A DNA stretch of 64,000 bases, taken from Chlamydiota bacterium (GTDB taxonomy: Bacteria; Chlamydiota; Chlamydiia; Chlamydiales; JACKPQ01). The position numbers and the translations under genes were made by a program. Below, piece by piece: positions 1 to 9,283 of the stretch (positions are counted from its first letter, which is position 1; each line of letters starts with the position of its first letter). The notes under the pieces were generated by a model. The model was not told the origin of the DNA, did not search any database, and saw nothing but the letters and a program-made list of their open reading frames with translations. The stretch spans positions 199-64,198 of the forward strand of contig JAJFLZ010000018.1 of assembly GCA_021772435.1 (NCBI GenBank). The letters are read 5' to 3'.

Positions 1-1320
1 TAAAATCCCGTTCTGCGCTTTTTTCGGCAAAATGCGAGCTCTCATCGCGCCAGCTATATCATTTATCTGCTTATTATTAACGGTAGAAGGATTTATTCCA
101 CCAGCCTCACCTATAATACCAGCGGTACTACGCATCTTCTCATTGACGCTTAATGTTAAGAGCCTCTTTGTTTCTTCTGATACATTTAATTTCTCAATGC
201 AGTTAAGTAAATACTTGGTTTTTAGATCAAGGAAGCTAGCTCCTGCAGCAAACATATCTGATGCTCTAGAATTCACAGATTTCTCGCGTTTAATAAATGG
301 ATACCAAACTTCGGGCGGAATAAATCCAGGGCTTCCTGAAGGGCCTGACAGCGTTTCTTCTTTTATCGGCATTGGATCAATGAGTATAGCTCGACCTGCT
401 TTGCTAATTAACACGTTATCAGGTTTAAGATCTCTATGGACAACGTCATGGTCATGGTAAAAATTTAACCCACTTGCAATATCGCTAACAAATTGAAGCA
501 ATTGCTCACTAGACTTAGCTGCAATATGGCAAGCATCTCCCAAGCTTAGCTCAGTCACTGTAAATTCACGATGGTCATTTAACCAACCGTAGGCTAATGG
601 GGAACCTTCGACATTAGAATGCTTAGCATCTTTAAATAGCTCTTGAAACGTTTTAATATCACTAGCATAAGACATCTCTTCAACGGGTTGCTCGCGCTTT
701 AAAGTGCGGTGCATACAAACTTCTTTAACCGCAAATGAATCATCATTCAGCGGTTTAATCAAGATTCCTTTTCTGACTCTACTAAAAGAACTTTTGCTAC
801 CAATCTTCTCACCGTGAATAAGATATTCAAAAATTACGTTTTTATCGTTAGGTATAGGTGTAACAGAAAAGGGCAAGGGGGAATTATTTTTACGTAGCCG
901 CTGATCCTGAATCGTCTCTTTACCATTTAGTTTCTTTCCATAAGTTAGATTAAAATATTCAGAAACTATATCCAAGTCCAGGATTTCTAATTTGTTTTCT
1001 GTTAATTTATTAACTCTCTCTGCAAAAGATTTACCAGATGGTTTTTTAGCGCTATCTGTTAGATCAACAAATGTACTTTTTGCAACCTCATCTACTTTCG
1101 CAGCAGATGCTTGAACAGGTGTTTTTTTAGCGCTATCTGTTAGATCAGTAAATGTATGTGTGCTTAGATAATGAATAAAAAATACAGATCCGATAATCGT
1201 TAAAGACAATAAGCCTAGCGCCACAAGCGCAACTAAGCTTCCTTTTTTTAGTGGTTCTTCAGAGTTAGAATAAGACCCTCTACTTTTCGCATAAGTTAAT
1301 TCCGGATGTAATAACGCCAT
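1..1320 (-). CDS. Membrane-anchored eukaryotic-like Ser/Thr protein kinase domain protein, partial (3' end runs off the window; absent from supplied ORF track)
   Basis: Hand translation of the minus strand from ATG 1320-1318 stays open for all 440 codons down to nt 1 (MALLHPELTYAKSRGS...). It has one TM helix (LVALVALGLLSLTIIGSVFFI), a subdomain-II Lys (FAVKEV), the catalytic loop HRDLKPDN (nt 415-438), and GFIPPE in place of APE. A 27-aa internal repeat TFxDLTDSAKK lies at nt 1041-1075 and 1121-1156. Confidence 0.8.
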   Translation of the reverse strand, partial: MALLHPELTYAKSRGSYSNSEEPLKKGSLVALVALGLLSLTIIGSVFFIHYLSTHTFTDLTDSAKKTPVQASAAKVDEVAKSTFVDLTDSAKKPSGKSFAERVNKLTENKLEILDLDIVSEYFNLTYGKKLNGKETIQDQRLRKNNSPLPFSVTPIPNDKNVIFEYLIHGEKIGSKSSFSRVRKGILIKPLNDDSFAVKEVCMHRTLKREQPVEEMSYASDIKTFQELFKDAKHSNVEGSPLAYGWLNDHREFTVTELSLGDACHIAAKSSEQLLQFVSDIASGLNFYHDHDVVHRDLKPDNVLISKAGRAILIDPMPIKEETLSGPSGSPGFIPPEVWYPFIKREKSVNSRASDMFAAGASFLDLKTKYLLNCIEKLNVSEETKRLLTLSVNEKMRSTAGIIGEAGGINPSTVNNKQINDIAGAMRARILPKKAQNGIL

Positions 1321-1488
1321 ATATATTCCTATTATTTTTTACTAATTATAATATATATTATAACACATTTTATAAAGAATGTAAATAATTATTTAATCAC
1401 TAGTTTTAAGTAACTTACAGGCTCATTTCGATCAGGGCTGGACGTTTAAAATATCCTCTTGTACTCTACGTGAAAAAGGAGCGCTCAG

Positions 1489-3012
1489 ATGGAGCAGACA
1501 CATCCCCTTGACGAGGGTGGAGATAGAAACGTAGACCCTTGTGCCTTAGTGATTTTTGGTGCAACCGGCGATTTGACTGCTCGTAAACTCATGCCCGCCC
1601 TCTACAACTTAGCCAGGGAAGGCCAACTACCCACGAATTTTGCTTGTGTGGGTTTTGCTAGACGTGAGAAAACTGATGAAGCTTTTCGAGAAGAGATGCA
1701 AGGTGCTGTATCTGAGCATTCTAGAGTCAAACCTCTTGACGAATCGGTCTGGAGCGGCTTTAAAGAGCAAATCCACTACCATCAGTCAGACTTTGATAAG
1801 CCTGAAGGCTATGCCGCTTTAAAAACCAAACTCGAAGAGCTAGACCAAAAATGCGGCACCAAGGGCAACCGCGTCTACTATCTCGCCACGCAGCCCGCGC
1901 ACTTTACCCTCATTATCGAGCAACTCAAAGCTCAAGGTCTTATCTACGACGGCAACGATTCGAGCAAATTTTCACGCGTGATCATCGAAAAGCCATTTGG
2001 TCATGATTTGGATTCCGCGCACGCGCTGCAAAAAGACCTTACCCAGCACCTATCTGAGCAGCAAATTTACCGTATCGATCACTATCTCGGCAAAGAAACC
2101 ACGCAAAACATCTTGGTGTTTCGCTTTGCCAACTCGATTTTCGAATCGCTTTGGAACAATCGCTACATCGACCACGTACAAATCACTGTTGCTGAAGACA
2201 TCGGCATCGGTACCCGCGGACACCTGTTTGAAAACCAGGGTCTGATGCGCGATATCGTGCAAAACCACATGATGCAGCTTCTAACGCTCATGGCGATGGA
2301 ACCGCCGGTAGACCTATCTGCAAATGCCATTCGCGATGAAAAAGTCAAAGTGCTAGAAGCCATCCGCCCTTTCCAGCCTGAGGATTTTAAGCGCTCAGTT
2401 GCCCGCGGCCAGTACGGCCCAGGCATTGCTGAGGGCGAAAAAGCCTGCGGTTACCGCGAAGAAAAGGATGTTGATCCAAATTCTCAAGTCGAAACGTATG
2501 CAGCATTGCGCCTTTTCATCGACAACTGGCGCTGGGATGGCGTTCCGTTTTACATTAGAGGTGCCAAACGCATGCCAAAAAAAGTGACTGAAATCGCAGT
2601 CCAATTCAAAGATGCTCCTGGTCACCTCTTTTCAGAGCATCAAGCGATCGATAACAACGTTTTAGCCCTGCGCATTCAACCGAATGAAGGCATTTCGCTA
2701 AAAATCAACTCCAAAGTGCCCGGAACAGCAAGCCCTATCCAGCCTGTCAAAATGGATTTTCTCTACGGCTCATTTTTTGGAATGACACCGCCTGATGCAT
2801 ATGAGCGCTTAATTTGCGATTGCATGGCAGGTGATGCGGCTCTATTTGCCAGAGAGGACGAAGTTTTCCAATCGTGGAAACTCATCACCCCCATTCTCAA
2901 ATACTGGGAACAGGAAAAAATGGAGTTTCCCAACTACGCCGCTGGCAGCTGGGGACCGGCTATTGCTGATCAGATGCTCGCCCAAGATGGCAGGCGTTGG
3001 AGAATCATTTAA
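1489..3012 (+). CDS. zwf: Glucose-6-phosphate 1-dehydrogenase
   Basis: 507-aa ORF with N-terminal dinucleotide motif GATGDLTARKL, signatures EKPFG and RIDHYLGKE, and SD aaaggag upstream of the ATG. Confidence 0.95.
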   Translation: MEQTHPLDEGGDRNVDPCALVIFGATGDLTARKLMPALYNLAREGQLPTNFACVGFARREKTDEAFREEMQGAVSEHSRVKPLDESVWSGFKEQIHYHQSDFDKPEGYAALKTKLEELDQKCGTKGNRVYYLATQPAHFTLIIEQLKAQGLIYDGNDSSKFSRVIIEKPFGHDLDSAHALQKDLTQHLSEQQIYRIDHYLGKETTQNILVFRFANSIFESLWNNRYIDHVQITVAEDIGIGTRGHLFENQGLMRDIVQNHMMQLLTLMAMEPPVDLSANAIRDEKVKVLEAIRPFQPEDFKRSVARGQYGPGIAEGEKACGYREEKDVDPNSQVETYAALRLFIDNWRWDGVPFYIRGAKRMPKKVTEIAVQFKDAPGHLFSEHQAIDNNVLALRIQPNEGISLKINSKVPGTASPIQPVKMDFLYGSFFGMTPPDAYERLICDCMAGDAALFAREDEVFQSWKLITPILKYWEQEKMEFPNYAAGSWGPAIADQMLAQDGRRWRII

Positions 3013-4067
3013 TGGATCCAAAAACGGTTGCTCCAAAAGATATCGAAAAAGAGCTCAAGGCCTTGTGGGAATCCTTAGAAGGCCAGGGCAAGATGCGTTC
3101 TTGTCTCTACAACCTTATTGTCTATACAAAGGCAAGCCCCAGAGTTCCCTATTTGCGCGAAATCGTGCAAAAGACGATCGATAAATTCCCTTCCCGCATC
3201 CTTTTTGTTACTGTTGGCAATACAAACCAAATAGCGTCACAAATTTCTGTTCTTACATCAGAGAAAATCGCCTGTGATCTAATCGATATACAGCTCGATG
3301 AAGCCTCGATTGAGGCTATCCCCTTTTTGGTGCTGCCCCATTTGGTTCCCGATCTGCCGATTTACCTTTTATGGGCAGACGATCCCTGCCAAAAAGACCC
3401 CATCGGTTTAAAATTAGAAGAGCTGACCACTCGCATCATTTTCGATTCTGAATCGAGTGAAAATCTCTCCTGTTTTGCAAAAGCAGCGCTTGAGCACAGA
3501 ACATCCGAAATTGGGGATCTCAACTGGGCTAGAATCGAAGGGTGGCGCGTTTTACTCTCTAGCATTTTTCACTCTCCTAGCAAATTAGAAGAGCTCAAAA
3601 ACACAAAACGCATTCACATTACCTACAACGCTCACAACACTCCCTACTTTGTGCACACGCGCATTCAAGCTCTCTATCTTTTAAGCTGGCTTGCAACACG
3701 TCTTGGCTGGCAATTTACAGACAAACAAATTTCAGATCGCGGCATGACGCTCATCTTCGGCGATATCAACATCACGATTGAGCCTGTCGACTTTGAACAA
3801 ATCGCCCCCGGACGCATTGTAACCATCGAAATGGAAGCAGCAAACGGCGAACACACCCTGCTCCAACGCAGCCCTGAAACTCCGCATCAAATCATCATCC
3901 AGCACTCAACAAAAGAGCTCTGCTCTCTTCCCACCTACTTTATGTTTGCCAAATACGAATCTGGCCAATCACTCGTTAACGAAATCTGCCACCACGGCAG
4001 CAGCTCGCACTACATCGAAGTTTTGCAATTACTTGCCTCCATCAACCACTCAGGACTACCGACATGA
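2997..4067 (+). CDS. opcA: OpcA-like glucose-6-phosphate dehydrogenase assembly protein
   Basis: 356-aa ORF overlapping zwf by 16 nt and pgl by 4 nt. IEKELKALW...CLYNLIVY...FPSRILFV and DLPIYLLWADDP resemble the OpcA family. It sits between zwf and pgl. Confidence 0.65.
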   Translation: MENHLMDPKTVAPKDIEKELKALWESLEGQGKMRSCLYNLIVYTKASPRVPYLREIVQKTIDKFPSRILFVTVGNTNQIASQISVLTSEKIACDLIDIQLDEASIEAIPFLVLPHLVPDLPIYLLWADDPCQKDPIGLKLEELTTRIIFDSESSENLSCFAKAALEHRTSEIGDLNWARIEGWRVLLSSIFHSPSKLEELKNTKRIHITYNAHNTPYFVHTRIQALYLLSWLATRLGWQFTDKQISDRGMTLIFGDINITIEPVDFEQIAPGRIVTIEMEAANGEHTLLQRSPETPHQIIIQHSTKELCSLPTYFMFAKYESGQSLVNEICHHGSSSHYIEVLQLLASINHSGLPT

Positions 4068-4741
4068 AAACAATCATTCCCGGTGACTATCAAGAGACGC
4101 TCAAGTACGCCACAGAGCACTTTGTGCAGCTTGCAAACGCAGCGATTGAAAAACATGGCGCTTTTCACGTTGCGCTATCAGGAGGATCCACACCCAAAGC
4201 CATCTTTAAAATGCTGTCTGGCCCGCCGTATGCTAAACAAGTCGACTGGCAAAAAGTTTGGCTCTACTGGAGCGATGAGCGGTGCGTGCCCCACGACGAT
4301 CCTGAAAGTAACTACAAAATGGCGATGGATGCCGGCCTAAAATCTTTGCCAATTCCAGAAAACCAAATCTTTCGCATGGAAGGCGAGCTAGATCCGGACG
4401 AGGCTGCTACCCGCTACGAATCCATTCTGCCAAAAAAATTTGACCTCATCATGCTCGGCATGGGCGATGATGGACACACGGCCTCGCTCTTTCCAGACAC
4501 GGAAGCCCTAAACGAAAAAAATCGCCTTGTCGCTCCCAACTTTGTACCTCAAAAAGATTCTTGGCGCATCACCTTCACCTTCAAATGCCTTGCCGAAAAC
4601 GACCCCGTGATCTTCTACGTTCTTGGAGCCGGTAAAGCCGAGATCGTCAAAAAAGTTCTTACCGCCAAGGACTATCCTGCCAGCCACGTTCAAAATGCCC
4701 AGTGGATTTTGGATGCCGAAGCTGGTAAACTTATTGAATGA
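4064..4741 (+). CDS. pgl: 6-phosphogluconolactonase
   Basis: 225-aa ORF with motifs ALSGGSTP, WSDERCV and GMGDDGHTASLFP. It is coupled to opcA and tsaD by 4-nt overlaps. Confidence 0.93.
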   Translation: MKTIIPGDYQETLKYATEHFVQLANAAIEKHGAFHVALSGGSTPKAIFKMLSGPPYAKQVDWQKVWLYWSDERCVPHDDPESNYKMAMDAGLKSLPIPENQIFRMEGELDPDEAATRYESILPKKFDLIMLGMGDDGHTASLFPDTEALNEKNRLVAPNFVPQKDSWRITFTFKCLAENDPVIFYVLGAGKAEIVKKVLTAKDYPASHVQNAQWILDAEAGKLIE

Positions 4742-5697
4742 ATGTCCTTGGAATTGAAACAACCTGCGATGAAACAGCGATTGCTATTGTCAAAGATGGC
4801 AAGAAAATTTTATCAAATAAAATTGCCTCGCAAGCGGACCTGCACGCCATCTACGGCGGCGTCTTCCCAGAGCTTGCCTGCCGCCGCCACATTGACGTCA
4901 TCCTGCCCCTCATCGACGATGCCCTCCAAGAAGCCAACCTAACCTCTAACGAGATCGATCTCATCGCCGTGGCCCATGGCCCCGGCCTCATGGGAGCCCT
5001 CCTCATTGGCCTAACCACTGCCAAGACCCTCTCCATGGCCTGGAACAAACCCCTCATCGGCGTCAATCACATCGAAGCTCACCTTTACGCTTCCATGATG
5101 GATCACGATCCCATCCTGCCTGCCATTGGCCTTGTCCTCTCTGGCGGCCACACCACCCTCCTCGAAATCGAGGCTCTTGGCAAATACAAAAAACTCGGCG
5201 CCACAGTCGACGATGCGATCGGCGAGTGCTTTGACAAAGTCGCCCGCATGCTATCACTTCCCTATCCTGGTGGGCCTGAAATTGAAAAACTTGCTCTCTC
5301 TGGCAATCCACACGCCTACAGCCTAAAAGCTGGCCAAGTCAAAGGGCGCCCGCTCGACTTTTCCTTCAGCGGCCTCAAAACCAAAGTCCTCTACACTCTT
5401 AAAGAAGACAACATCAATCATGCTGACCTAGCTGCCAGCTTCCAGCATGCAGCGTTTTCTGACATCGTCAAAAAAACCAAACTAGCAGCAAAGCCAGGTC
5501 AAGCCATTTACCTGGGTGGCGGCGTCACTGCCAGCCGCTACTTACGCAAATTATTTGAAAAAGAAAATGTATACTTTCCAGGTCCAGATCTCTCGACAGA
5601 CAACGCCGCCATGATCGCAGGTCTTGGCTACCACGTTTTTAAGGCCAAAGGCCCCGACCGCTTGGACCTCGAAGCCCTGCCTAGAATTCCTTTCTAA
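4738..5697 (+). CDS. tsaD: tRNA N6-adenosine threonylcarbamoyltransferase
   Basis: 319-aa ORF with GIETTCDETA at the N-terminus, GVNHIEAHLY, and C-terminal STDNAAMIA, typical of the Kae1/TsaD family. Confidence 0.93.
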   Translation: MNVLGIETTCDETAIAIVKDGKKILSNKIASQADLHAIYGGVFPELACRRHIDVILPLIDDALQEANLTSNEIDLIAVAHGPGLMGALLIGLTTAKTLSMAWNKPLIGVNHIEAHLYASMMDHDPILPAIGLVLSGGHTTLLEIEALGKYKKLGATVDDAIGECFDKVARMLSLPYPGGPEIEKLALSGNPHAYSLKAGQVKGRPLDFSFSGLKTKVLYTLKEDNINHADLAASFQHAAFSDIVKKTKLAAKPGQAIYLGGGVTASRYLRKLFEKENVYFPGPDLSTDNAAMIAGLGYHVFKAKGPDRLDLEALPRIPF

Positions 5698-5754
5698 AAG
5701 TATTGAAATATATTCATTAATTGACTAAAATTTTTCTATAAAAGGAGAAATATT

Positions 5755-6528
5755 ATGTCATCTATTTCAAAAATCGCAAGCGCACTGCCTTCAGCAGCAC
5801 CAACTCAAAGCACTATCAACAAAATTGTTGAACTTGCGCGAAATAACATCTTTTTAACGGCTGTGATCACCTTAGGTGCAGGCTGTGCAATAGGTTATGC
5901 AGTGCATAAATATGTAATAACGCAAGAAAAACCAATACACTCATTAGAAAATAGCCCAGACATTCTAAAGCTGATCAAAACTCCAAATTTCAAATTCAAA
6001 GACTTTGCTGAAACCTGTAGGCTCGATGTGTATGAAATATTCCGATGTGTTTCCGAAGAAAAAGACACATTCAATAAAAATATTGATGACGCAGATTTCA
6101 AAAAACTACGAACCGATCCGAAAAGTGTTTTGCGCCAAAGCGCTAACATCGCCTACTTCCTCTTGGCCGATACAGATAATGAGCGATCAAACCGATTAGG
6201 CATAGTTAAAACAAATTTAGGATCTACAAGAGAAGCCATTAATCGACTTGTTAAACATAGCTACTTAGAGGACAAAAAGCATCCGATTTACAAATGGTGC
6301 ATCAATCATATCAAAACATCTATTCAAAAAGACGACATCCCATCTGCAGTTCAAACACTAAAAGCTCTAAAAAACTACCATTCTAATTGTAAATTCTGGT
6401 CTAAAATGTATGCTAGTACCCACGGGCATGAGCCTACATCCAATCTCCCACCCAGTATTTCAGAAATTATGGCTGATCTTTCTGATGATGAAAAAAGCAA
6501 ACTACCTAAGCCACTACCAGTTGATTAG
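5755..6528 (+). CDS. Hypothetical single-pass membrane protein (cassette 1 between tsaD tails)
   Basis: 257-aa ORF, AT-rich, with a strong SD aaggag 7 nt upstream of the ATG. It has one hydrophobic helix (IFLTAVITLGAGCAIGYAV). No motif recognised. Confidence 0.7.
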   Translation: MSSISKIASALPSAAPTQSTINKIVELARNNIFLTAVITLGAGCAIGYAVHKYVITQEKPIHSLENSPDILKLIKTPNFKFKDFAETCRLDVYEIFRCVSEEKDTFNKNIDDADFKKLRTDPKSVLRQSANIAYFLLADTDNERSNRLGIVKTNLGSTREAINRLVKHSYLEDKKHPIYKWCINHIKTSIQKDDIPSAVQTLKALKNYHSNCKFWSKMYASTHGHEPTSNLPPSISEIMADLSDDEKSKLPKPLPVD

Positions 6529-6542
6529 TAAAAACGTCCCTG

Positions 6543-6651
6543 TCTCTCGACAGACAACGCCGCCATGATCGCAGGTCTTGGCTACCACGTTTTTAAGGCC
6601 AAAGGCCCCGACCGCTTGGACCTCGAAGCCCTGCCTAAAATCCCTTTTTGA
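6543..6651 (+). repeat. Direct repeat: second copy of the tsaD 3' tail (copy 1 = 5589-5697)
   Basis: Read by eye, 105 of 109 nt are identical to 5589-5697. The four differences lie in the last 21 nt and keep the peptide EALP(R>K)IPF plus a stop codon (taa>tga). Confidence 0.95.
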
Positions 6652-6695
6652 CTGTATCTAAAACTTTTAGTAAACTTCTGTTAGGAGTTATTTAA

Positions 6696-8288
6696 ATGCC
6701 TAAAAAATTACCTATCGGTGTCCAGTCCATCGAGAAGCTTTTATCCGAAGACTTTATCTATGTTGATAAAACAGACAAAATTAAACAGCTAATTGACAGC
6801 GGAAGCCACTATTTCATAGCGCGTCCAAGGCGATTTGGAAAATCTTTATTTGTAAGCACACTAGAAGCTATTTTAAAAGGGAACAAAGACCTGTTTGCAG
6901 ATTGCAAAATCGCTAAAACAGACTATGACTGGGTAGAGCACCCAGTGATTCACTTCGACTTTGCCCAAATTCCAAATAAATCTACTGATGATCTAGAAAA
7001 TAGTATTAAGCGAAAACTAGAACACGTTGCTAAAGAACACAATATTTCCATCGAAATCCCTACCTTGCAAGAGGGGCTGATCAATCTAGTCAAAAAACTT
7101 GCAGAAAAAAACCAAGTAGCCATTCTGGTCGACGAGTACGACAAACCCAAGGTGGATCATCTAAATAATATCGAGATAGCAGATAGTAACCGCGATTTTT
7201 TACGTCGATTTTTTGGTACACTTAAAGGGTTAGATCAGCATCTAAAATTTGTTTTTTTTACAGGTGTTAGCAAATTCGCTCAGGTTTCTCTTTTCTCCGG
7301 CTTAAATAACTTAGAAGACCTGACAATGGACCCAAGTAGCTCTGAGCTGATGGGGTACACAAAAGACGAGCTCAAGGAAAATTTTAAAGAACACATTGCA
7401 GAATTAACAAAGAAAACAAATTGTGCCCCTGAACAGATTTTGAAGATGGTAAAAGAGTGGTACAATGGCTACTGTTTTTCTCAAAATTGTGTTCCTGTCT
7501 ACAATCCTTTTTCAACGCTTTCCTATTTTAAGCGAGGCATCTTTCACGGATACTGGTTTAGCACTGGCACTCCTGCATTCTTAATCGAACAAATCCGTAA
7601 AATGCCCATGCTGTCTACGCAACTCAGCGGCGCTTTATCTACAAGCTCGGAGCTACTAGATATTCTTTCCATGACAGATGTCGACCTAAACGCTTTGATG
7701 TGGCAAACCGGCTACCTAACCATTACAGCTTACGACCCCCAAACAGATCTATATACCCTTGATTTTCCGAACAAAGAAGTGCGAGGAGCCTTTTTTAATT
7801 CCTTGATTAGAGAATTTGCTAAACTCAATTTATCAGGTGTTACAGGCAATGCAAAAGCAATCTGCTCTCATTTAGCCAAATTAGATTTTGAAACTTTTTT
7901 TAAAACCATCAATGCGTACTACGCCAAAATCCCCTACCACCTGTTCACGCAAGCAAAAGAGGGATTTTATCACGCAGTATTTTTGTGCTTGATGGAAGGA
8001 ATAGGTTTACAAGTGAGGGCTGAAGATCCTACGAATATGGGCCGCCTGGATTTAGTCATCGAAACCGACCAAACCGTCTATATTTTTGAGCTCAAAGTCG
8101 ACAAAAGTGCAACTGTTGCTCTAGACCAAGCTGAACTTAATCGCTATTGTGAAAAGTATTCACACCAAAACCGCAATATTGCCATGATCGGCGTTAACTT
8201 TGCCACAGCGACTCGCAACATCTCCGATTGGGCAGTTAATCTTTATGCTCCGGATGCTAACTTAATCCAAAAATATGCGTTGCTTTAG
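6696..8288 (+). CDS. AAA-ATPase-like / PD-(D/E)XK nuclease family protein (cassette 2)
   Basis: 530-aa ORF. The N-terminus LPIGVQSIEKLLSEDFIYVDKTDKIKQLIDSGSHYFIARPRRFGKSLFVSTLE matches the predicted AAA-ATPase (PF09820-type) family that carries a C-terminal PDDEXK_9 domain (RLDLVIE...IFELKVD). SD aggag lies upstream. Confidence 0.8.
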   Translation: MPKKLPIGVQSIEKLLSEDFIYVDKTDKIKQLIDSGSHYFIARPRRFGKSLFVSTLEAILKGNKDLFADCKIAKTDYDWVEHPVIHFDFAQIPNKSTDDLENSIKRKLEHVAKEHNISIEIPTLQEGLINLVKKLAEKNQVAILVDEYDKPKVDHLNNIEIADSNRDFLRRFFGTLKGLDQHLKFVFFTGVSKFAQVSLFSGLNNLEDLTMDPSSSELMGYTKDELKENFKEHIAELTKKTNCAPEQILKMVKEWYNGYCFSQNCVPVYNPFSTLSYFKRGIFHGYWFSTGTPAFLIEQIRKMPMLSTQLSGALSTSSELLDILSMTDVDLNALMWQTGYLTITAYDPQTDLYTLDFPNKEVRGAFFNSLIREFAKLNLSGVTGNAKAICSHLAKLDFETFFKTINAYYAKIPYHLFTQAKEGFYHAVFLCLMEGIGLQVRAEDPTNMGRLDLVIETDQTVYIFELKVDKSATVALDQAELNRYCEKYSHQNRNIAMIGVNFATATRNISDWAVNLYAPDANLIQKYALL

Positions 8289-8289
8289 C

Positions 8290-8331
8290 AGCCACCTCAG
8301 CCTCGAAGCGCTCCCTAGAATTCCTTTTTGA
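8290..8331 (+). repeat. Direct repeat: third, shorter and more diverged copy of the tsaD 3' tail
   Basis: gaa gcg ctc cct aga att cct ttt tga versus tsaD gaa gcc ctg cct aga att cct ttc taa. All differences are synonymous, and weaker similarity extends about 12 nt further upstream. Confidence 0.8.
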
Positions 8332-9277
8332 GTATAGCAATCTGTTCTTTGATACCTTCTAAGCCTGAATCTGGATACAGATTGACATCGTATGGTTTTT
8401 TCCACTGCTTTTTATTGTTGATATGCTCAAGACGAAGCTCTTTGAGCCTATCAATATCGCCATCCCAAGCTTTTGAGATGCGGTGCGAAGGAGCATCTAA
8501 GCGAAAGAATTTCACATACTCGCCATTGTGTTTCTGAGCGGTTTCTTGATCTTTAAAATGAGTAGAATCTGCTCTAAACTTTTTGCAAGCAAAATAGAAT
8601 TCTTCTTTGAGTTTATCTTCAGCGATTTCAAAGTCATGCATCATCACAACATCAAGCTCACCAAATTTAGCGAAATGCTGAGGTAAACCTGCCTTGATTT
8701 GACCAGCTCTTAGCATCATGTATTCAGGCTTTTCTGTTTTTGAAAAATCGATAACAACCCGCGCTCCACCAATTGTTAAATAACCCTGATCAGTATCGAT
8801 TTGGCAAATGTTTTTATCCCCAAGATCCATTTTTAAACCATCAAGATCAGCGACCCCACTTTTCTCTACTGCTAAGTGGCTAAGAGCTGCCAAGGCGATG
8901 CGGTGAGCAAGTAGTTCTGTGCTTTCAATATTTTCGCCATCGCGGGACTGATCCATGATGCTTAGGGCACCAATATTGAGCAGCTTTTGCCCTGTTTGAA
9001 CCTTAAACAGGATCATACGACCCTTATCGTCCTTTCCAGGACCATCGATAATGGGGTTAATCAGCAAGCTGGTGCCCTCGCAAGGAGGTAATTTCAGCTG
9101 TTTGTCAAAAGTGACTGTGCCTAAGTTTCCTAAGATAACATTGGCTTCATTCAAAGCCTTGGCAACTAGACCACCACATACCTTCTCAAGGCTCATGGCG
9201 TGATCCTGAGCAAATATACGCACCTCCTCAATGGAGGCTGGCACTTTCGGCAAATGAGCTGGTACATCGTAAATCAT
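8315..9277 (-). CDS. Hypothetical protein, no recognisable domain
   Basis: 320-aa ORF with no TM or signal peptide. Its last five codons are antisense to tsaD tail copy 3. It is preceded by a consensus promoter (next feature). Confidence 0.7.
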   Translation of the reverse strand: MIYDVPAHLPKVPASIEEVRIFAQDHAMSLEKVCGGLVAKALNEANVILGNLGTVTFDKQLKLPPCEGTSLLINPIIDGPGKDDKGRMILFKVQTGQKLLNIGALSIMDQSRDGENIESTELLAHRIALAALSHLAVEKSGVADLDGLKMDLGDKNICQIDTDQGYLTIGGARVVIDFSKTEKPEYMMLRAGQIKAGLPQHFAKFGELDVVMMHDFEIAEDKLKEEFYFACKKFRADSTHFKDQETAQKHNGEYVKFFRLDAPSHRISKAWDGDIDRLKELRLEHINNKKQWKKPYDVNLYPDSGLEGIKEQIAILKKEF

Positions 9278-9283
9278 GCCGGT

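Noticed and set aside
32-460. 142-aa plus-strand ORF from the supplied track
   Set aside because: It lies entirely antisense to the kinase gene (1-1320, minus), which has clear catalytic motifs. It has low-complexity content, no SD and no recognisable motif.
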